Assembly: GCA_001916965.1 (NCBI GenBank)
Contig: MNTL01000004.1
Coordinates: forward strand, 33,971-97,970
DNA length: 64,000 nt
Reading direction: 5' to 3'
Source: Roseburia sp. CAG:10041_57
Lineage (GTDB): Bacteria > Bacillota > Clostridia > Lachnospirales > Lachnospiraceae
Positions 61,949-64,000 of this stretch are shown piece after piece; within the stretch, counting starts at the first letter, position 1; the number at the start of each line of letters is the position of its first letter. Position numbers and translations under genes: made by a program. Under the pieces are notes generated by a model, which saw nothing but the letters and a program-made list of their open reading frames with translations, made no database searches and was not told where the DNA came from.

Positions 61949-63535
61949 ATGAAATTTGATATTTTGGAAAAATGGAAGCGTAGAATGCCAAGACATACAA
62001 GGATATGCCTGATATCCGGTCTGTTGATTGGGTGGCTCACACATTTCTATATGTTTACACATAAATTACCGAACTGGGATGATCTTAATAATATAGGAGC
62101 ACCCGGAAGTGGGGATTATCTGGGCAGATGGTTTTTGAAGTATATTCATCCGCTGGGAGGAAGATATAGTATTCCGGCAGTACATGGATTCCTCTTCGTT
62201 GTGTTTTTGGCAATTGCAGCGTGCTTTGTTCTGGAGATTGTACAGGTAAAGAGCACTACAGGGGCAATATTGGTTCCGGCGGTCATGGTGACATTTCCAA
62301 GTGTGGTCAGTACAATGACTTTTATGTTTATGGCACATACATCAGGAATTGCAATTATGATGACATGTGCAGCGGTATATTTACTGCGAAAGTACAAATA
62401 TGGCTGGATGCCTGCCACAATTATGCTGATATGTGTGTTGGGAACTTATCAGAGTTATATCAGTATCGCAATCGGGTTAATGCTTGCCGGCATGATAGTG
62501 GATCTTATAAAAGGGAAAAAAGCAGATAAAGTGATCAGGAGCGGTTTCCTATGTGTAGGGATTCTGGTTGGGGCAGTCGTTGTATATATGCTGCTGTCAC
62601 ATGTTATATATCCCAATCTGGATAATGAGTCATATGGTGGGGTAGGAAATATGGGACGGATTGAAATATCACAGGTTCCAACATTAATCGGAAGATGTTA
62701 TAAACGTTTCCTTGAGTACTTTTTGTGGAAGCCATTTGCATTTGTTACAAAGACATCTCAGACTATGAATATCCTGGTATGTATTCTGGCGGTTGCATTG
62801 TTTGCATATTTGGTGTGGAAGAAACGGCTTTATCGTAAATGGATGGAATTGACATTGTGTATCATACTTTGTGGGTTTATGCCACTGGCAGTCGCATTCA
62901 TTTATTTTATGGCCCCGGAAGTAGATTATTCTATGCTTATGTTTTATGGATATACATTAATTTATGTGCTTGTACTTGCAATGGCAGATATCTGCATGGC
63001 AGAATGGGAGCAGAACAGTGGCATAGGATTGAAAAAGTGGACAGAATATAGCCGTTATGGTCTTGTTATAGTAACAGCAGTGGTAGTGTTTATAAGCTGT
63101 TATGCGGACTATCTGGTCACCAATAAAGCTTATTTAAGAATGGATATTGCAGTAAGCAGGGTAAATAATTATTTTAACCGGATCATTGCAAGTGTAGAGG
63201 CACAGGATAACTATCAGAATGGCGATGATGTTACTTTCGTGGGAAATTTCTATTATAAAGAAAATCCAAGTGTGGTAGAATTTGATGTTATGGATTCTGA
63301 GTCATTGCGTGAACTTTCCGGTGTTGCCCTGGAAAACGGGTTGATGACATCAGGGGCAAGGGATAACTTTATCCGCCATTATGTTGGATTTGATATGGCG
63401 GATCTGTCAGAAGGAGATAAAGAAAAAATAGCTCAGACAACGGAGTTTAAGGAGATGCCGGATTATCCTGCACAGGGGTCGATTCAGAAATTAAATGGCA
63501 TATGGGTAGTGAAATTATGCGATTATGAGGATTAG
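61949..63535 (+). CDS. GtrII-like (Glucos_trans_II) GT-C glucosyltransferase
   Basis: KLPNWDD, LGRWF, LGTYQSY and C-terminal MPDYPAQGSIQ..NG..VVKL. Paralogue of 24328-25896. Confidence 0.75.
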   Translation: MKFDILEKWKRRMPRHTRICLISGLLIGWLTHFYMFTHKLPNWDDLNNIGAPGSGDYLGRWFLKYIHPLGGRYSIPAVHGFLFVVFLAIAACFVLEIVQVKSTTGAILVPAVMVTFPSVVSTMTFMFMAHTSGIAIMMTCAAVYLLRKYKYGWMPATIMLICVLGTYQSYISIAIGLMLAGMIVDLIKGKKADKVIRSGFLCVGILVGAVVVYMLLSHVIYPNLDNESYGGVGNMGRIEISQVPTLIGRCYKRFLEYFLWKPFAFVTKTSQTMNILVCILAVALFAYLVWKKRLYRKWMELTLCIILCGFMPLAVAFIYFMAPEVDYSMLMFYGYTLIYVLVLAMADICMAEWEQNSGIGLKKWTEYSRYGLVIVTAVVVFISCYADYLVTNKAYLRMDIAVSRVNNYFNRIIASVEAQDNYQNGDDVTFVGNFYYKENPSVVEFDVMDSESLRELSGVALENGLMTSGARDNFIRHYVGFDMADLSEGDKEKIAQTTEFKEMPDYPAQGSIQKLNGIWVVKLCDYED

Positions 63536-63538
63536 AGA

Positions 63539-64000
63539 ATGACATTAGTAGTAGATTGTTTTAAATTAGTGCGTGGAGCAGGTAAGAGCATTGGTATTTA
63601 TAATCTGGCTCTTAATATGGTAAGAAATCTGGTAGAAGAGAAGGAAAGAACCAAAGACAGTGAAATAAAACAGTGCAAAATAGTAGTTCTAGGTAACGCT
63701 TATAATGAACAGGAATTCAATATACCAGGGGTGGAATTTGTGTGCATAGAGCATGATCCGTTAAATAAACTCAGGTGTATATGGTGGGAATTATTTGAGG
63801 TTTCATTTGCAGCCAGAAAATATCATGCTGATAAGATGATCCATCCACGTGGATATGCACCTATATTAAAAATGACAAAGGAATATATTGTTGTACATGA
63901 TATGATTCCTTTTTACTATGATGAGCACTATAAAGGGTATTTTAATCGATTGGAAAACTTCTACATTATGTGGAGGTTAAAGGCTTCTATCCGGTCCTGT
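63539..64000 (+). CDS. GT4-like glycosyltransferase (3' partial)
   Basis: Open frame from the ATG at 63539 to the window end: MTLVVDCFKLVRGAGKSIGIYN...VVHDMIPFYY, a GT4 N-domain pattern. Not in the supplied ORF track. Confidence 0.6.
   Translation, partial: MTLVVDCFKLVRGAGKSIGIYNLALNMVRNLVEEKERTKDSEIKQCKIVVLGNAYNEQEFNIPGVEFVCIEHDPLNKLRCIWWELFEVSFAARKYHADKMIHPRGYAPILKMTKEYIVVHDMIPFYYDEHYKGYFNRLENFYIMWRLKASIRSC

Noticed and set aside
1..64000. Numerous 60-180 aa antisense or alternate-frame ORFs in the track; CRISPR arrays, tRNA, rRNA
   Set aside because: The short ORFs overlap well-supported genes and lack motifs. No regularly spaced repeats or structural RNA signatures were seen by eye.

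Overview
The window lies inside a very large, almost entirely + strand cell-surface glycan biosynthesis locus of a low-GC Firmicute. Gene style suggests Lachnospiraceae/Clostridia, which is an inference. It encodes GT2, GT4, two GT11, GT14, GT17-like and GT-D glycosyltransferases, several multi-TM GT-C-like enzymes (two GtrII-like), two PglK-like ABC flippases, a Wzy-like protein, an MBOAT/SGNH O-acylation pair, AT3 acyltransferases, FdtA/FdtB/GNAT 3-amino-sugar genes, an AsnB-like amidotransferase and a TupA-like ATP-grasp. An MNT-HEPN toxin-antitoxin pair sits inside the operon. An AT-richer central block (about 27-42.5 kb) holds at least five pseudogenes and a frameshifted IS5-family element. 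Two modules stand out. (1) At 43.7-50.4 kb: a sulfatase/LTA-synthase-fold transferase, a cytidylyltransferase-PLP enzyme fusion (frameshifted here), a YidC-TagF fusion, an M13-procoat-like YIDP micro-protein and a signal peptidase. This is a candidate peptide-shuttle route for exporting a phospho-alcohol substituent. (2) At 50.8-57.3 kb: an intact Xer-like tyrosine recombinase whose stop codon overlaps one of two perfect 50-bp inverted repeats built from loxP/dif-like cores. The repeats bracket a convergent pair: an Mrr-nuclease/P-loop/TPR (Avs-like) gene and an MshA-like GT4 fusion gene. This is a candidate invertible, phase-variable defence cassette. No rRNA, tRNA or CRISPR array was seen. 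All family calls come from motifs read by eye; no database search was run.
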